Assembly (NCBI GenBank): GCA_965237955.1
Contig: OZ250169.1
Coordinates: 6,880,001 to 6,944,000 of the forward strand
Length of the DNA: 64,000 nt
Origin: Candidatus Marinacidobacterales bacterium
GTDB lineage: Bacteria; Acidobacteriota; Vicinamibacteria; Marinacidobacterales; SMYC01
Reading direction: 5' to 3'
The notes under the pieces are model-generated. The model was not told the DNA's origin and made no database searches. It saw nothing but the letters and a program-made list of their open reading frames with translations. Shown here in pieces: positions 45,786 through 57,145 of the stretch. How positions within the stretch are numbered: the stretch's first letter is position 1; each line of letters begins with the position of its first letter. A program made the translations under genes and the position numbers.

Positions 45786-47297
45786 CTAGCGGACGGTGAT
45801 GATGGCTGCCATCGTGACGATGCTGTCGAAGAAGTGCCCTAGTCGCACGTTCTCGTTGGGACTGTGCTGATTGTTGTCGAAGTTGACCGTGGGCACTGCG
45901 ACGGCGGGGAAGCCGAGGGCGGCGATGAACGGCGAGATCGGCACCGTGCCGCCCGTGGTGCGAATGCGGAGTGGCGTGGCGTTCCACATCTCGGTAAGAG
46001 CGTCCACGACGCGGCGGGCCTGAGGGTCGTCGAGGTCGGTGCGGAAGGCATTCGTTCCCGCACCACGGCGGTCGATCCGAATTAGCCGCCCGTACGCCGC
46101 TCGGGTCGCATCATCCGGCCCGTCATCTTCAGTGACGATGTGATATCCCTGATTGCGAATGTGCCGGAGCACTTTCTCGTACATCACGTCCGCCGGCGTT
46201 TCTTTCACCAGTCGTACGTCGATCGCGGCGATGGCGGTATCGGGCACGATCGTCCGAGCTTCCGCGCCCACCCATGCGCTCGAAAGCCCTTTTACGTTCA
46301 GCGAAGGGTACTGAATGGCTTCCTGCAGCGTGCTCCCAACCTGGTCCGTCTCGGAAAAACCAAAGAGGCGCTTCAACGCGTCGAGATCGTCGGGCACCGA
46401 GTCGAGCACTTCCTTGGTCGCAACGTCGAGCTCGATGCCGTCGTAGAACCCTTCGATGACGACGCGGCCATCGTTGTCTTTCATCGACGCGAGGAGCTGG
46501 GCCAATCGCATCGCGGGATTGGGAGCCCAGTTACCATAGTGGCCGCTATGCAGAGGGAACTTCGGGCCGTAGACCGTGAGCTCCATCGTCAGATTGCCTC
46601 GTGCGCCGTATTTCACCGTGGGCTTGCCGCTGGGATGAAGCGGACCGTCGAGAATGAGCATCAGGTCAGCCCCGAGCTGGTCACGGTAGCGTTCGATGGC
46701 AGGGACGAGACTCGGTGAGCCCGCCTCTTCCTCACCATCGAGGATCACTCGGATGTTCGAGCTCGGCTCGACGCCGGCGGCAGCGAGAGCATCGGTCGCC
46801 GCGAGGATGGCGATGATCGGCGCCGTGTCGTCGGACGCCGAGCGTGCGTAGATTCTCCAGTCGTCGTCGAAGCGGGATTGAGCGTCGAAATCGAGAACAC
46901 GATCGTTGTCGCCGAGCTTTGCATCTCTCAGCACCGGTCGAAACGGATCGTCTTGTTCCCAGCGCGAGGGGTCGACCGGCTGCCCGTCGTAGTGAGCGTA
47001 AAGAAGGAGGGTTCGTTCCGCACCCGGCGTTTTTCTTTCGGCCCAGACGAGCGGATTGCCCTCCGTTTCCAGGAGCTCGGCATCGAACCCTCGCTCTCGA
47101 AACCGCTCGAGTAGAAAGCTCGCCTTCCTGCGCGCGTTTTCCCTGTGGGCGGCCACTGCCGGAATGGAAAGCGCCTGCCACAGCTCGGTGAGGATCGGCT
47201 TTTCGTGCTCGTCCACGTAGGTCTCGATCTGTTGCCGCAGCTCCTGCGCGGCGGTGGGTGTCGCAAGGGCGAGAAGGACGGCAAGAGTTCTCTTCAT
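45786..47297 (-). CDS. M20/M25/M40 metallopeptidase (secreted)
   Basis: LYAHYDGQP, YARSASDD, DGEEE, LHSGHYG, NNQHSPNEN. Confidence 0.92.
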   Translation of the reverse strand: MKRTLAVLLALATPTAAQELRQQIETYVDEHEKPILTELWQALSIPAVAAHRENARRKASFLLERFRERGFDAELLETEGNPLVWAERKTPGAERTLLLYAHYDGQPVDPSRWEQDDPFRPVLRDAKLGDNDRVLDFDAQSRFDDDWRIYARSASDDTAPIIAILAATDALAAAGVEPSSNIRVILDGEEEAGSPSLVPAIERYRDQLGADLMLILDGPLHPSGKPTVKYGARGNLTMELTVYGPKFPLHSGHYGNWAPNPAMRLAQLLASMKDNDGRVVIEGFYDGIELDVATKEVLDSVPDDLDALKRLFGFSETDQVGSTLQEAIQYPSLNVKGLSSAWVGAEARTIVPDTAIAAIDVRLVKETPADVMYEKVLRHIRNQGYHIVTEDDGPDDATRAAYGRLIRIDRRGAGTNAFRTDLDDPQARRVVDALTEMWNATPLRIRTTGGTVPISPFIAALGFPAVAVPTVNFDNNQHSPNENVRLGHFFDSIVTMAAIITVR

Positions 47298-47299
47298 GA

Positions 47300-47339
47300 T
47301 TAAGGCGCGGGTACGAGGCGCTTCAACTCTTCGAACCAG
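47300..47339 (-). pseudogene. Last codons of a kinase/TolB-propeller gene abutting IS110
   Basis: WFEELKRLVPAP*. Confidence 0.55.
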
Positions 47340-48630
47340 GATCGAAAAACATCTATCGTCATGCTGGATCTCCCCGTAGAGAAGGCTCGATGTGATATCC
47401 GAGTTTGCGCAGGTCGCGGATCATATTTGGCAATGCGTCGTTTGGAGCGCGCGCGGCTAACGTTGGGGCCACGTTCCTCATAGTCAACGCCCTGGTGGAG
47501 AATCTTCCAGATTAAACGACACAACCGATGGGCAACGGCCCAGATGGCTTGCGCGTGCCCCAGGCGTGGAACCAAGCGCCGGTACACGAGCTGGAAGAAA
47601 CTCCCTTTGGTCTTGACGGCCGCGTTGGCGGCTTGATTGAGGAGGCGGCGCATCGGCCGACTGCCTTTGGGCGAGCGATGGCTGTAGCTTTTGCCGGCGC
47701 TTTCGTGCTCTCCGGGGCACACGCCCACCCAGGACGCGAGGTGCTTGGCCGACGGAAACGTCTCGGCGCTCGCCCCGACTTCCGCGATGATCTGCTGCGC
47801 CGAATCCACGCCGAGCCCAGGCACTTCAGCGAGTCGTTGCACAGCTGCTTGATGCTCGCCGAGCAGATGCGCCATCTCTTCATCGAGTTGCGCGCTCTGC
47901 TCTTCGAGCAATCGTAATTCCTCGAGCGTCATTTGCACGAGCTTCCGATAGGCGGGGTTGAGATCGGCACACGCGCCGAGCGCATCGCACAACTGCTCGG
48001 GCGTGGCACGCAATCGACGGTCGGCCAACTCCGCCAAGCGGGCCGGCTCCGTTTCCCCGTCCGCCAAGGCTTGCAACATCCGCCGCGCACTCAGCCCCAG
48101 AAGATCCGACACCAGGCTCGACAACTTCAGATGCGCTTCCTCCAGCAACGACTCTAGGCGGTTTTGGAGCTGAACCCGGTTACGCGTGAACTGGTACTTG
48201 CGGCGCATCACCGTTCGCCACAGGCGCTGCTCCGGCTCGGGAACGAAGCTTAGAGTCAGCTCCTGCGCCACCAAACGCTTCACCAATCGTTCGGCATCCG
48301 GAAAATCCCGCTTCCGACCCCGCGCGCCGCGATTCGACTTTGCTTGCGCCAGATGCAAGTTGCCCGACTGCGCACCCGCGCCCGGCCGAGCTCGGCACTG
48401 CGGAGCCCAGGACCGCTCCAACGCCTCCCACACCGGGCGCCAATATTGCGCGGTCGATTCCATCACTACTTCATCGACCCCCTCGGCCACCAGCCACTCC
48501 GCCAGAGCCCGAAGCTCACTCGGTCTCGTGCCCACACGCCGGCGCGAAAACTTATACTCGCCCTCTACTGCGATGTCGGCGACCACCACCGCCAGCATCT
48601 TCTTGTGAACGTCTATCCCAGCAATCCGGT
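47340..48630 (-). mobile_element. IS110-family transposase, 5'-truncated, frameshift near 3' end
   Basis: AGIDVHK, VMEST..YW, KRD..DA, VPGLG, HESAGK; native tail MIRDLRKLGY is out of frame near 47424. Confidence 0.9.
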
Positions 48631-48857
48631 TTGGTGTGCCGCGGCTTTTCAACCTGCGCCGCGACCCGTTCGAGAGAGCCGATTACGAATCTGACTTCTA
48701 CACGCAGTTCTTCATCGACCACATGTTCGTGATGGTTCCCGCTCAGACGTACGTTGCGCAGTTCCTGCAAACGTTTCAGAAGTTCCCGCCGCGCCAGACG
48801 CCGGCGAGCTTCACCATCGACCAGGTGCTGCAGAAGATGGCACCTCCGTCGAACTAG
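48630..48857 (+). pseudogene. Arylsulfatase C-terminal remnant
   Basis: PRLFNLRRDPFERAD...FLQTFQKFPPRQTPASFTIDQ. Confidence 0.75.
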
Positions 48858-48897
48858 CCAGTTCGGGTGGCCCCTCGAGGAAGGGGCCACCCGCCCG

Positions 48898-49090
48898 TTA
48901 CCGCCGCTTGATGACGACGACGCTGATATCGTCCGTTGGTGTGGCGAACGTCCGCATGTCTCTCGTGATCGCCTGAACGATATCGCTCGCGCTCTCGCAC
49001 TTGGTGTCCCGCACGACCTGCTCGAGACAAGCGGGGACAAAGCTGATGTCACCGTCGCCGTGCTCGAGCAGTCCATCCGTCGAGTGCAGG
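48898..49090 (-). pseudogene. PP2C/SpoIIE phosphatase C-terminal remnant
   Basis: STDGLLE...DDISVVVIK. Confidence 0.7.
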
Positions 49091-49295
49091 GGGATCTGGG
49101 CCATCTTGGATCCAACGGCGATGGAGACGTATGCGTCCTCTGGACACGCAAGCTACTTGAAGCAGACGTTCGCCGAAGCGTGGGGGCCCAAGTTGGGGAT
49201 GATCCTGATTGGCATCGGGGCGCTGGCTCTGGTCGGTTTGCACCAGACGGAATGAGCGCTGTGGTGATGACAGGTTGACTGGGGTATACATTAAT

Positions 49296-50679
49296 GGGTC
49301 TACGCGGGTTCGTGTGGGTTGAAAACGGCATTTCTGGGTAATGGCGGAAGGAATGCCGCCACGATCTTCAGCTTGAGATATCCCTCGTCACGATAGCCGT
49401 AGGCGCGTCGTTGCAGAACACGGATTTTGTTGTTGACCCCTTCAACCAGTCCGAGACTGACTTTGTTCTCAGGATGACAGTAGGAGGCGATACCATCCCA
49501 ATGGGACTCAATCATTCCGGCGAACTTCTGGTAGGGATGCAGGCGCTGCCATTTGAGGCTGTCTTTCCAACGTGTGAAAAAGGCGCGAGCCCCGCGTTCG
49601 GTGCGGTAATCCCAGAGTTGCCCGAAGGCCTCCTTCAAAACATAGGCGGTGTTCAGGCGCCGGTTGGCCTGGAGCAACTTCTTGAGTGCGCGGCGACCGT
49701 CCAGGCTCAGGTTCTCCCGCCGGGAAAGCAACGTGTAACGCTGCCCCTTGATATACGACCGGTCCTCGCCGCTGAGGCGTTTGTACTCACGGCGCCGGAC
49801 CTCATCGAGAGCCTTTGACAGGTGACGCATGATATGAAACTTGTCGAAGATGATCCGCGCATTGGGTGCGTTGTTAATCACCGAGTTCCGGAAGGGCTTC
49901 CACATATCCATGGCGGCCAGCTTGATACGGGCGCTTTTCTTCCCGCCCAGCGCCTTGAAGAACAAATCGATGTCGGTTTCTTTGCGACCCTCACCGCCCA
50001 CCCAGATGGGACGCGCCCGCTCCAGGTCGCTGACAATGACACGATAGTTATGTCCCTTGCGGATGGAGATCTCATCGATACCGATGGCCCGAGGCGCCGG
50101 CAGCCCCGCCCGCTCGACTTGCTCTTGCATGTAGAGCTTATCCAGGTCCTTCACCGTAGTGTGGTGCAGACGTTCCATCTCGGCCACCGCCTTGTTCGGC
50201 ATATCCCGGCACAGCTTGCCCACATGCGTCGCAAAGCGCTGGGTGTAGCGCGGGTTGTTCGCCAGCCAGTCCAAGTGTTCTACATGCACACCACCGCACC
50301 CACGACAGTTGACGCGCCAACGCTCGTATTCCAGATAGATCCGCCAGCCTGCCAACGACAGGTCGCGGACCCGGCACACTTGCTTGTCATAGCGCCCCCG
50401 GCACCGATGCCCACAGTACGAGCACACGGCTGTTTTTTTCGCCTCTTGAGCTGGATGACGCGGGCGTATCGGTCACCGAATACACCGTTCAATCGGGCGC
50501 CAGCCACGAAACCTGGTAGCGCAAAAAGCGAGCGGATCGACTGGGGATTTTTCACTCGGTTAGCCTATCCGAAAAACGGATCACTTCTCAGCACCTGATG
50601 AAGTGCTGAATACCTTTTCCACACAATGAGTTACACTATTTCTCCGTCAGCATTCGCCCACAGATTTCCGCGTAGACCC
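49296..50679 (-). mobile_element. ISL3-family insertion sequence (1384 bp), 8-bp TSD ACATTAAT
   Basis: IRs GGGTCTACGCGG..TGTGGG; TSD at 49288-49295 and 50680-50687; GIDE, MDMW, FDKFH, EGVNNKI..RRAYGY. Confidence 0.97.
49300..50555 (-). CDS. ISL3 transposase, joined by -1 frameshift at A7 run (~50433-50439)
   Basis: orfA ...LKRRKK joins TAVCSYCG zinc finger in the -1 frame at GAAAAAAAC. Confidence 0.8.
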
Positions 50680-50688
50680 ACATTAATA

Positions 50689-51921
50689 ATGACGAGCCCT
50701 AGAACGATAACGCGGATCGCCGTCTCTGCTTGTTTTTTCACTCTCGCTCACGGTGTTTTCGCGCAGGATTGGCCGCAGTGGCGCGGACCGAACCGCGACG
50801 GGGCGGTGACGACTTTCAACGCGCCAGCGTCGTGGCCAAATCAGCTGACGGAGCGGTGGAAGGTCGATATCGGCTACGGCTATGCGACGCCGATTCTCAT
50901 CGGTGACCGGATCTATATGTTCACCCGCCAGGGCGAAGACGAGGTGATGTCGGCGCTCGACGCCGCATCCGGCGACGGAATCTGGCGCACGAGCTACCCG
51001 GCCCCGTTCGATATGAACCCGGCGACGCAGCGCCACGGCCCCGGCCCGAAGTCGACACCCGCGTTTGCCGACGGCCGGTTGTTCACGCTGGGGATGACTG
51101 GCACCGTGACCGCGTTCGATGCCGAGACCGGGCGACAGCTCTGGCAGAAGTCTGGCCAGCCGGTGGAGCCGCTCTACCACACGGCAACTTCCCCCATCGT
51201 CGACGACGATCTCGTGATCCTTCACGTCGGCGGGCACAACGATGGAGCACTCACCGCTTTCGACGTCACCACCGGCGATGTCCGATGGAGCTGGGGCGGC
51301 GACGGTCCAGCCTACGGGTCACCGATGATATTCGAGCTTTCGGGAACGCGGCAGGTCGTGACGTTCACACAAGAGAATTTCGTCGGGGTCTCGCTCGCAA
51401 CGGGTGAGCTCTTGTGGCGTCGCCCCTATACGACGCCGAGCACGACGACGTCGCAAACGCCCATCCTTTACAAGGAGACCGTGATCGAAGCCGGGCGCGG
51501 CAACGGCATCACGGCGATTCGTGTCGCTCGCCAGGGCGACGCGTGGACGACCGAAAACGTTTGGTACACCGATGAAGTCTCGTTGAACATGACCAACGGC
51601 GTTGCCATCGACGGCGTGCTGTTCGGGCTATCGCACTTGAACAGTGGCCAATACTTCGCCCTCGACCTCGAAAGCGGTGAGGTCCTGTGGAAGAGCGGGC
51701 CACGCCAAGCAGAAAACGCCGGGATCGTTCGTGCGGGCAATACGATCTTTTCTCTCCAGGATGACGGAGAGCTTGTCGTGGTCCGTCACAGCCGCACCGG
51801 ATTCGATGTGCTCGAGCGCTACGAAGTCGCGAACAGCCCGACGTGGACGCTGCCGACCGTCTCCGGTAACCGCATCTTCGTGAAAGACGTTTCGACGCTG
51901 ACGCTATTCGCTCTCGAGTGA
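50689..51921 (+). CDS. PQQ-like beta-propeller protein (secreted)
   Basis: Signal peptide, QDWPQWRGPNRDG, repeated G..LW. Confidence 0.9.
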   Translation: MTSPRTITRIAVSACFFTLAHGVFAQDWPQWRGPNRDGAVTTFNAPASWPNQLTERWKVDIGYGYATPILIGDRIYMFTRQGEDEVMSALDAASGDGIWRTSYPAPFDMNPATQRHGPGPKSTPAFADGRLFTLGMTGTVTAFDAETGRQLWQKSGQPVEPLYHTATSPIVDDDLVILHVGGHNDGALTAFDVTTGDVRWSWGGDGPAYGSPMIFELSGTRQVVTFTQENFVGVSLATGELLWRRPYTTPSTTTSQTPILYKETVIEAGRGNGITAIRVARQGDAWTTENVWYTDEVSLNMTNGVAIDGVLFGLSHLNSGQYFALDLESGEVLWKSGPRQAENAGIVRAGNTIFSLQDDGELVVVRHSRTGFDVLERYEVANSPTWTLPTVSGNRIFVKDVSTLTLFALE

Positions 51922-51929
51922 ATCGCGAT

Positions 51930-52345
51930 CCTCAACGCTTCGTCGTGACGCACCCAGATACATCAGCGTCGCGATGAATTCGATGACCTCGTTCAGGGCG
52001 CCAAAGCCCATCCCACCAGCGACCGCCAACACAAGCATGCCGAAGGTCGGGCGCACGTTCTTCGCGCTGGCCGACATCAGCATGGCCTCGAGTGCTTGTA
52101 AGCGTGGACGATCTGGTCGTATTTCAACTTGTCGGGAATCAGCCAAAGGCTGTAGAACACCTGGTGCTCCCCGTCGTAGGGCCATCCGTCGGGAAGTGGC
52201 AAAAGGCCTCCCATCATATGGGCCAAACCCCAAACGCTGAGAGCCCACAACGCGCCCGACGTCAGACTCACCCGGAAATGCACCCACCATACGGCTTCGA
52301 TCAAGATGATCATCACCAAAATGTAGAAGCCGCGGTTCTTCTCGT
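51930..52345 (-). pseudogene. DUF2238-like membrane protein remnant
   Basis: WGLAHMMGG, KYDQIVHAY, then GFGALNEVIEF in another frame; ends missing. Confidence 0.6.
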
Positions 52346-52549
52346 CGCAAGAAAGTACGCCGCAGCAATCGATCAATGTCTCGAGGCACTCGAACGTTTT
52401 CCGGATTTTCCGATCACGTACTTTTACTTGGTGGAAATGTCGACTATCCCCCCCGACATGCCCGTTGCGCGCCTGACGAAAACAGGTATACTGCCTCTTC
52501 CCAGAAAGGGTCAATTTTTTTCCGTCTTCAACAACTAAAGGAGCAAGCC

Positions 52550-53109
52550 ATGGCCACCGCAAAAAGCCCAGTCGACAACGGCGTGAACGTCGAAGCGCTG
52601 CTCGGCGCACGCGAAGCGCTGACGAAAGAGCCGGGGGGCGCCAAGTTCCAATGGCGAGCGACGTGCAAGTGGGTGTACGGCACCCAAAGCCGGTCCACCA
52701 TCAAAGGATACTTCGGGCTCGGCGAGGAGCATCAGCACAAGACCGAGTTCAACTTCGACGCCGACCATCCCGAGGTCTTCGCATCCGAAGACAAGGGCGC
52801 CGCGCCGGTCGAGATGGTGCTGGCCGGCCTGGCCAGCTGCCTGACCGCTGGCGTCGCAGCCGTCGCCCAGCGTCGTGAGATCCAGTTGCGGTCGGTTTCA
52901 GCGACGATCGAAGCGGGGATGGACATCCAGGCATCCTCGGCATCGACAGCGACGTGCGCAACGGCTTCGACGGCATCAAGGTGACCTACACGATAGATGC
53001 CGACGCGACACCCGACGAGATCAAGGCCATCGTGGCCCAGTCACAAAAGCGCTCAGCCGTCTATGACATCATCGCGAACCCGACGAACATCACGGTCGAC
53101 GTCAGCTGA
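52550..53109 (+). pseudogene. OsmC-family protein with single frameshift (~52930)
   Basis: DNGVNV, DADHPE, PVE..LA.LASCL; GILGID..VRNGF..SQKRSAVYD in a shifted frame. Confidence 0.8.
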
Positions 53110-53142
53110 CCCACCGCATCGGGATTCGAAAAACTGGGTCCC

Positions 53143-54391
53143 GTGCGCACCACGACTCTCGTTATAGGAGCCGGCCACGCCGGGTTAGCGATGAGCCGGT
53201 GCCTCACCGACCGCTCGATCGATCACGTAGTCCTCGAGCGGGGGGTGGTGGCCAACTCGTGGAAGACCGAGCGATGGGACTCGCTGCGTCTGCTCACGCC
53301 CCAACTGGCAGAGCCGGTTGCCCGGCTACGGTTACGAGGGTAACGATCCCGACGGCTACCGCACGATGCCCGAGACCATCGCCTTCATCGAGCGCTATGC
53401 CGAAGTGATTTCGGCCCCTGTCCAGACCAACACCAGGGTGACGTCAGTGCGCCCGAGCGGCGATGGCTACGAGGTCGCGACCAACCAGGGCGACTGGCAA
53501 TGCCAGGCCGTCGTGCTCGCGACCGGAGCGTGCAACATCGCGCAGGTCCCAGCTCTCGCCCAGGCAGTGCCGTCGGCGATCACCACGCTCACCGCCATGC
53601 AGTACCGTAACCCCGACCAGATCGAGAAGGGTGGTGTGCTCGTCGTCGGCGCCTCGGCTACCGGCACACAGATCGCCGACGAGATTCACCGCTCGGGCCG
53701 GCCGACAACCCTTGCGGTGGGCGAGCACGTCCGGGCGCCCCGTGTCTATCGGGGTCGGGATATCGAGTGGTGGATGGACGCCGCCGGGGTGCTGAACGAT
53801 CGCTACGACGAGATCGACGACATCGTCCGTGCTCGGAACGTTCCATCGCTGCAACTCGCGGGCTCGCCCGAGCGTCGGACGGTCGATCTCAACTCGCTCA
53901 CCCGCATCGGCGTGAAGCTCATCGGGCGTCTTGTCAGTGTCAGTATCAGTGACGGCAAAGCGCAATTCTCGGGATCGCTGCGAAACCAATGCGCGCTCGC
54001 CGACCTCAAGATGACGAGGATCCTCGACAGGATCGACGAGTGGGCGGCGGACAACGGACTCGACGACCAAGTTGATCCACCGCACCGCTTCGAGCCCACC
54101 GAGGTCGAAGCATCACCGCCACTCGGCATCGACCTCAAAAACGGTGAGATCCGAACCATCGTCTGGGCGACCGGATTCCGTCCCGACTACTCGTGGCTCG
54201 ACGTGCCAGTGCTCGACCGCAAGGGCCGTATCCGCCACGACGGAGGCGTCGTCGAGTCCCCCGGGATGTACTTGATGGGCATACCGTTCCTCCGGCGCCG
54301 CAAGTCGAGTCTCATCGACGGCGCCGGCGACGATGCTCGCGACCTGAGCGCCCACCTCGCGTCCTATCTCGTCCGTGCTGGACAAAGTTAA
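53143..54391 (+). pseudogene. Flavin-dependent oxidoreductase (FMO-like) with single frameshift (~53300)
   Basis: VIGAGHAG, RWDSLRLLTP|NWQS.LPG, VVGASATG, WATGFRPD. Confidence 0.8.
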
Positions 54392-54427
54392 ATGGAGCCG
54401 ACGGGTCCCGATCTGCTGATTACGAAT
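54392..54427 (-). repeat. Degenerate copy of tRNA-Thr 3' half (att site)
   Basis: ATGGAGCCGACGGG (14/14) + CCGATCTGCTGATTACGAAT (19/20) match 61389-61435; 13 nt of T-arm replaced by TC. Confidence 0.85.
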
Positions 54428-54483
54428 AGACAGGGCGTTGACGGGGTGGCGGACCCGGGCAACGCCGCGCGCGCATAGACACC

Positions 54484-56043
54484 ATGCACCTCGTCTTCCT
54501 ACACGGCTACCTGCTCACGGGCACGGGCTCAAATATCTACGTCGCGAACGTTGCGCGCGCGTGGGCAACCCAGGGCCACGCGGTGACCGTCGTCTGCCAG
54601 GAGCCCGAGGCCTCCTCCCTCTCCTTCGTCAATGAGGCCTTCTTCCCTGGCGACGATCTGCCGAACGAGCCGCCTGCAGACGGGAGGCTGCGCGTGGTCG
54701 TGCCGGACATCGGTGGCCTGCTTCCGGTCTACGTGCTCGATCGCTATGAGGGCTATGAGGTCAAGTGCATCCCGGACATGACGCCCGAGGAGCTCGAGCG
54801 GCATATCGCGCTGACCGCCAGGGTGCTCCGGCAGGCCGCACGGAAGGCGCATCGGGTGCTAGCCAATCACGTGCTCCTGGGTCCCGTCATCGCGCGGCGC
54901 GCGCTTACGGGGATCGGCGTGCCCTACGACGTGAAGCTCCACGGCAGCGCAATCGAATACACGCTCGTCCCGACTCCGCGGCTAATGCCGTATGCGCTCG
55001 AGGGCCTGGGAAGCGCTGAGCGGATCTACGCCGGGACGCGCTATGTCCGCGACCGGGTGCTCGAGGTCTTCGACGCCGAGCGCGTGGATCTAGGCCTTGA
55101 CGAAAAGGTCCACGTCGTCTCGCCGGGAATGGACCCGACCGTCTTCACGCTCAGCGAGGATCCTGCCGCCAGCGAGCGTCGCGCGCTCGAGACCATCGCG
55201 ACCAAAATCCGCGAGAATGGCGGCGGCCGGCGGGCGGGCGCTTCCGTTCCGCCGGGCAAACACACAGACAGGGAGCTGCACGAGCTTCTGGTCTCGGCCG
55301 GGGAGACCTACGACCAGCGCACGCCGGACGCCGACTTGCTCGAGCGCTGGCCCGGGCTCCGGCTCGACGAGCCCGTGATCGGCTACCTCGGAAAGCTGCT
55401 CGACACCAAGGGCGTCGGGGAGCTGCTCGTCACCTTCCCCAAGGTTTTCGAGCGGATCCGAGAGAGCCGTCTGCTGATCATAGGATTCGGCGCTTATCGC
55501 GAGCATCTCGAAGGGATGGCGCAGTCGCTTCAGCACGGGGACCTGGACGCTTTCACACGTTACGCCCGCGCGGGCGGGTTTGTAGAAGAGCTGGACTTCC
55601 GGCCCTGGTTCCGTCCGCTCGGCAAACGAGGGCGGGACCGGATCACGCTCACGGGTATGCTCGACCATGACTGCCTGCGGGACACGCTGCCGCTATGTAG
55701 CCTGCTGATCGTACCGAGCAAGTGGCCGGAGGCCTTCGGCATGGTGGCCGTGGAGGCGATGGCCGCCGGAGTTCTGCCGCTTTGCAACTACCACGCGGGG
55801 CTCAAAGACGTCGTGGACGAGGTCGCCACCGTCGCGCCGGAGCTCGCCGAATTGATGAAGCTCGACCGTTCCCGTTTCGTACACGAGCTTCCGGACCGAA
55901 TCTGCGGCGCGCTCGAGTTCCTGTACCCAAAGAGCTTCGCGGAGCACGAGCATCGCCGCAATGTCGCCAAGACGCTGCGCAAGATCGCCGTCGAAAGGTT
56001 CAGCTGGGATGGGATTGCCGTGCGGCTTCTGAATCCCACCTGA
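54484..56043 (+). CDS. GT4 (GT-B) glycosyltransferase
   Basis: HGYLLTGTGSNIYV, YLGKL..KG, PSKWPEAFGMVAVEAMAAG. Confidence 0.88.
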   Translation: MHLVFLHGYLLTGTGSNIYVANVARAWATQGHAVTVVCQEPEASSLSFVNEAFFPGDDLPNEPPADGRLRVVVPDIGGLLPVYVLDRYEGYEVKCIPDMTPEELERHIALTARVLRQAARKAHRVLANHVLLGPVIARRALTGIGVPYDVKLHGSAIEYTLVPTPRLMPYALEGLGSAERIYAGTRYVRDRVLEVFDAERVDLGLDEKVHVVSPGMDPTVFTLSEDPAASERRALETIATKIRENGGGRRAGASVPPGKHTDRELHELLVSAGETYDQRTPDADLLERWPGLRLDEPVIGYLGKLLDTKGVGELLVTFPKVFERIRESRLLIIGFGAYREHLEGMAQSLQHGDLDAFTRYARAGGFVEELDFRPWFRPLGKRGRDRITLTGMLDHDCLRDTLPLCSLLIVPSKWPEAFGMVAVEAMAAGVLPLCNYHAGLKDVVDEVATVAPELAELMKLDRSRFVHELPDRICGALEFLYPKSFAEHEHRRNVAKTLRKIAVERFSWDGIAVRLLNPT

Positions 56044-56069
56044 ACCGCGCGCTCGAACCTTCGCGAAAG

Positions 56070-56490
56070 GAGACGGCGCACGAGTGGCCGCAGTTTCTAC
56101 CGGACGGCCGGCACTTTCTCTATTTTGCCGACAGCCTCGATGCCGAGCATCGCGGTATTTACGTCGCCTCCCTCGATTCCGACGAGCCGAGACTCATCCT
56201 CAACACCGAGGTACAGGCCACCTACGCGAAACCGGGTTATCTCCTCTTCCTGCGCGGAGCGACCCTTATGGCCCAACCGTTTGATGCGGACAGCATGAAG
56301 CTCGCTGGTGAGCCGTCCCGCATCGCCGAAGATGTCACCCACAATCCACAAACGAACCGGACGAGCTTCTCCGTATCCGAGACGGGCGTTTTGGCTTTTC
56401 GGACCGGTGGCCTTGGAGGTACTCCCATGGGCCAGCTCGTCTGGTTCGATCGCGAAGGCCAACAACTGGGAACAGTCGGTCAACCGGGCC
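56070..56490 (+). pseudogene. Internal PD40/TolB-like propeller fragment
   Basis: HEWPQFLPDGRHFLY, GYLLFLRGATLMAQPFD, LVWFDREG. Confidence 0.75.
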
Positions 56491-56712
56491 CCAAGTGTGC
56501 TGCGCTCGAGTACGGCGCCCAGGGATGTCTCTTCTTCTCTCCTCTCTGGGTCCGTAGCTCCCTCCGCCGCGACACCGAGCCTTTGAAAGGGAACAAGAAT
56601 CACTTCGTCAGCGATTTCGACGTGCCTTTCGGCTACAGCAGCAGCATCGTTCGCAAGTGAAACGGCATCCGGTATAATAGGCCTCCCCTTCGTTCCCGGC
56701 TAGGAGGTCACC

Positions 56713-56916
56713 GTGAAACATCTACTGGAAAGCGGAGGAAATGCCGCCGCGTTGCTCGGAGTGCTGCTCTGCCTCGTGGCAGGTGGCGCGCGGATTGCCG
56801 GCGCCTCCTATTTGATGGGCTTCGAGCTCATGACGTTGTTTACCGGTGGTATGGGGCTCATGCTGACGGCTTGTCTCGCCAAGCTCCACCTTCTCGCAAT
56901 GGCGACGCAGAAATAG
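56713..56916 (+). CDS. Small 2-TM membrane protein
   Basis: TATAAT and AGGAGG upstream; two hydrophobic helices. Confidence 0.6.
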   Translation: MKHLLESGGNAAALLGVLLCLVAGGARIAGASYLMGFELMTLFTGGMGLMLTACLAKLHLLAMATQK

Positions 56917-57060
56917 CGCCTCTCTTGCCTTCGGCAAGCTCCGCCCGCGAGCGCGGATAGACCTCCCCCACTCCTCCATCGGTATGAAAACTGCGATGTC
57001 GATGGGTAGAACGCTAGCGTGTCGGCGAATCTAGTCGGGCCGATTCGAACCCGGAACGTG

Positions 57061-57145
57061 TTACTCGATCACGCCGAGCTGCTTCATGAACGAGAGCATG
57101 TCGAAGTAGTGGCGGCTCCGTTTGTGCTTCGGCCCATCGAATTCC
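57061..57145 (-). pseudogene. Ester cyclase/SnoaL-like C-terminal remnant
   Basis: RSRHYFDMLSFMKQLG*. Confidence 0.45.

Noticed and set aside
57035-57058. GATTCGAACCC as a second tRNA att fragment
   Set aside because: Match too short and does not correspond to tRNA-Thr(CGT).
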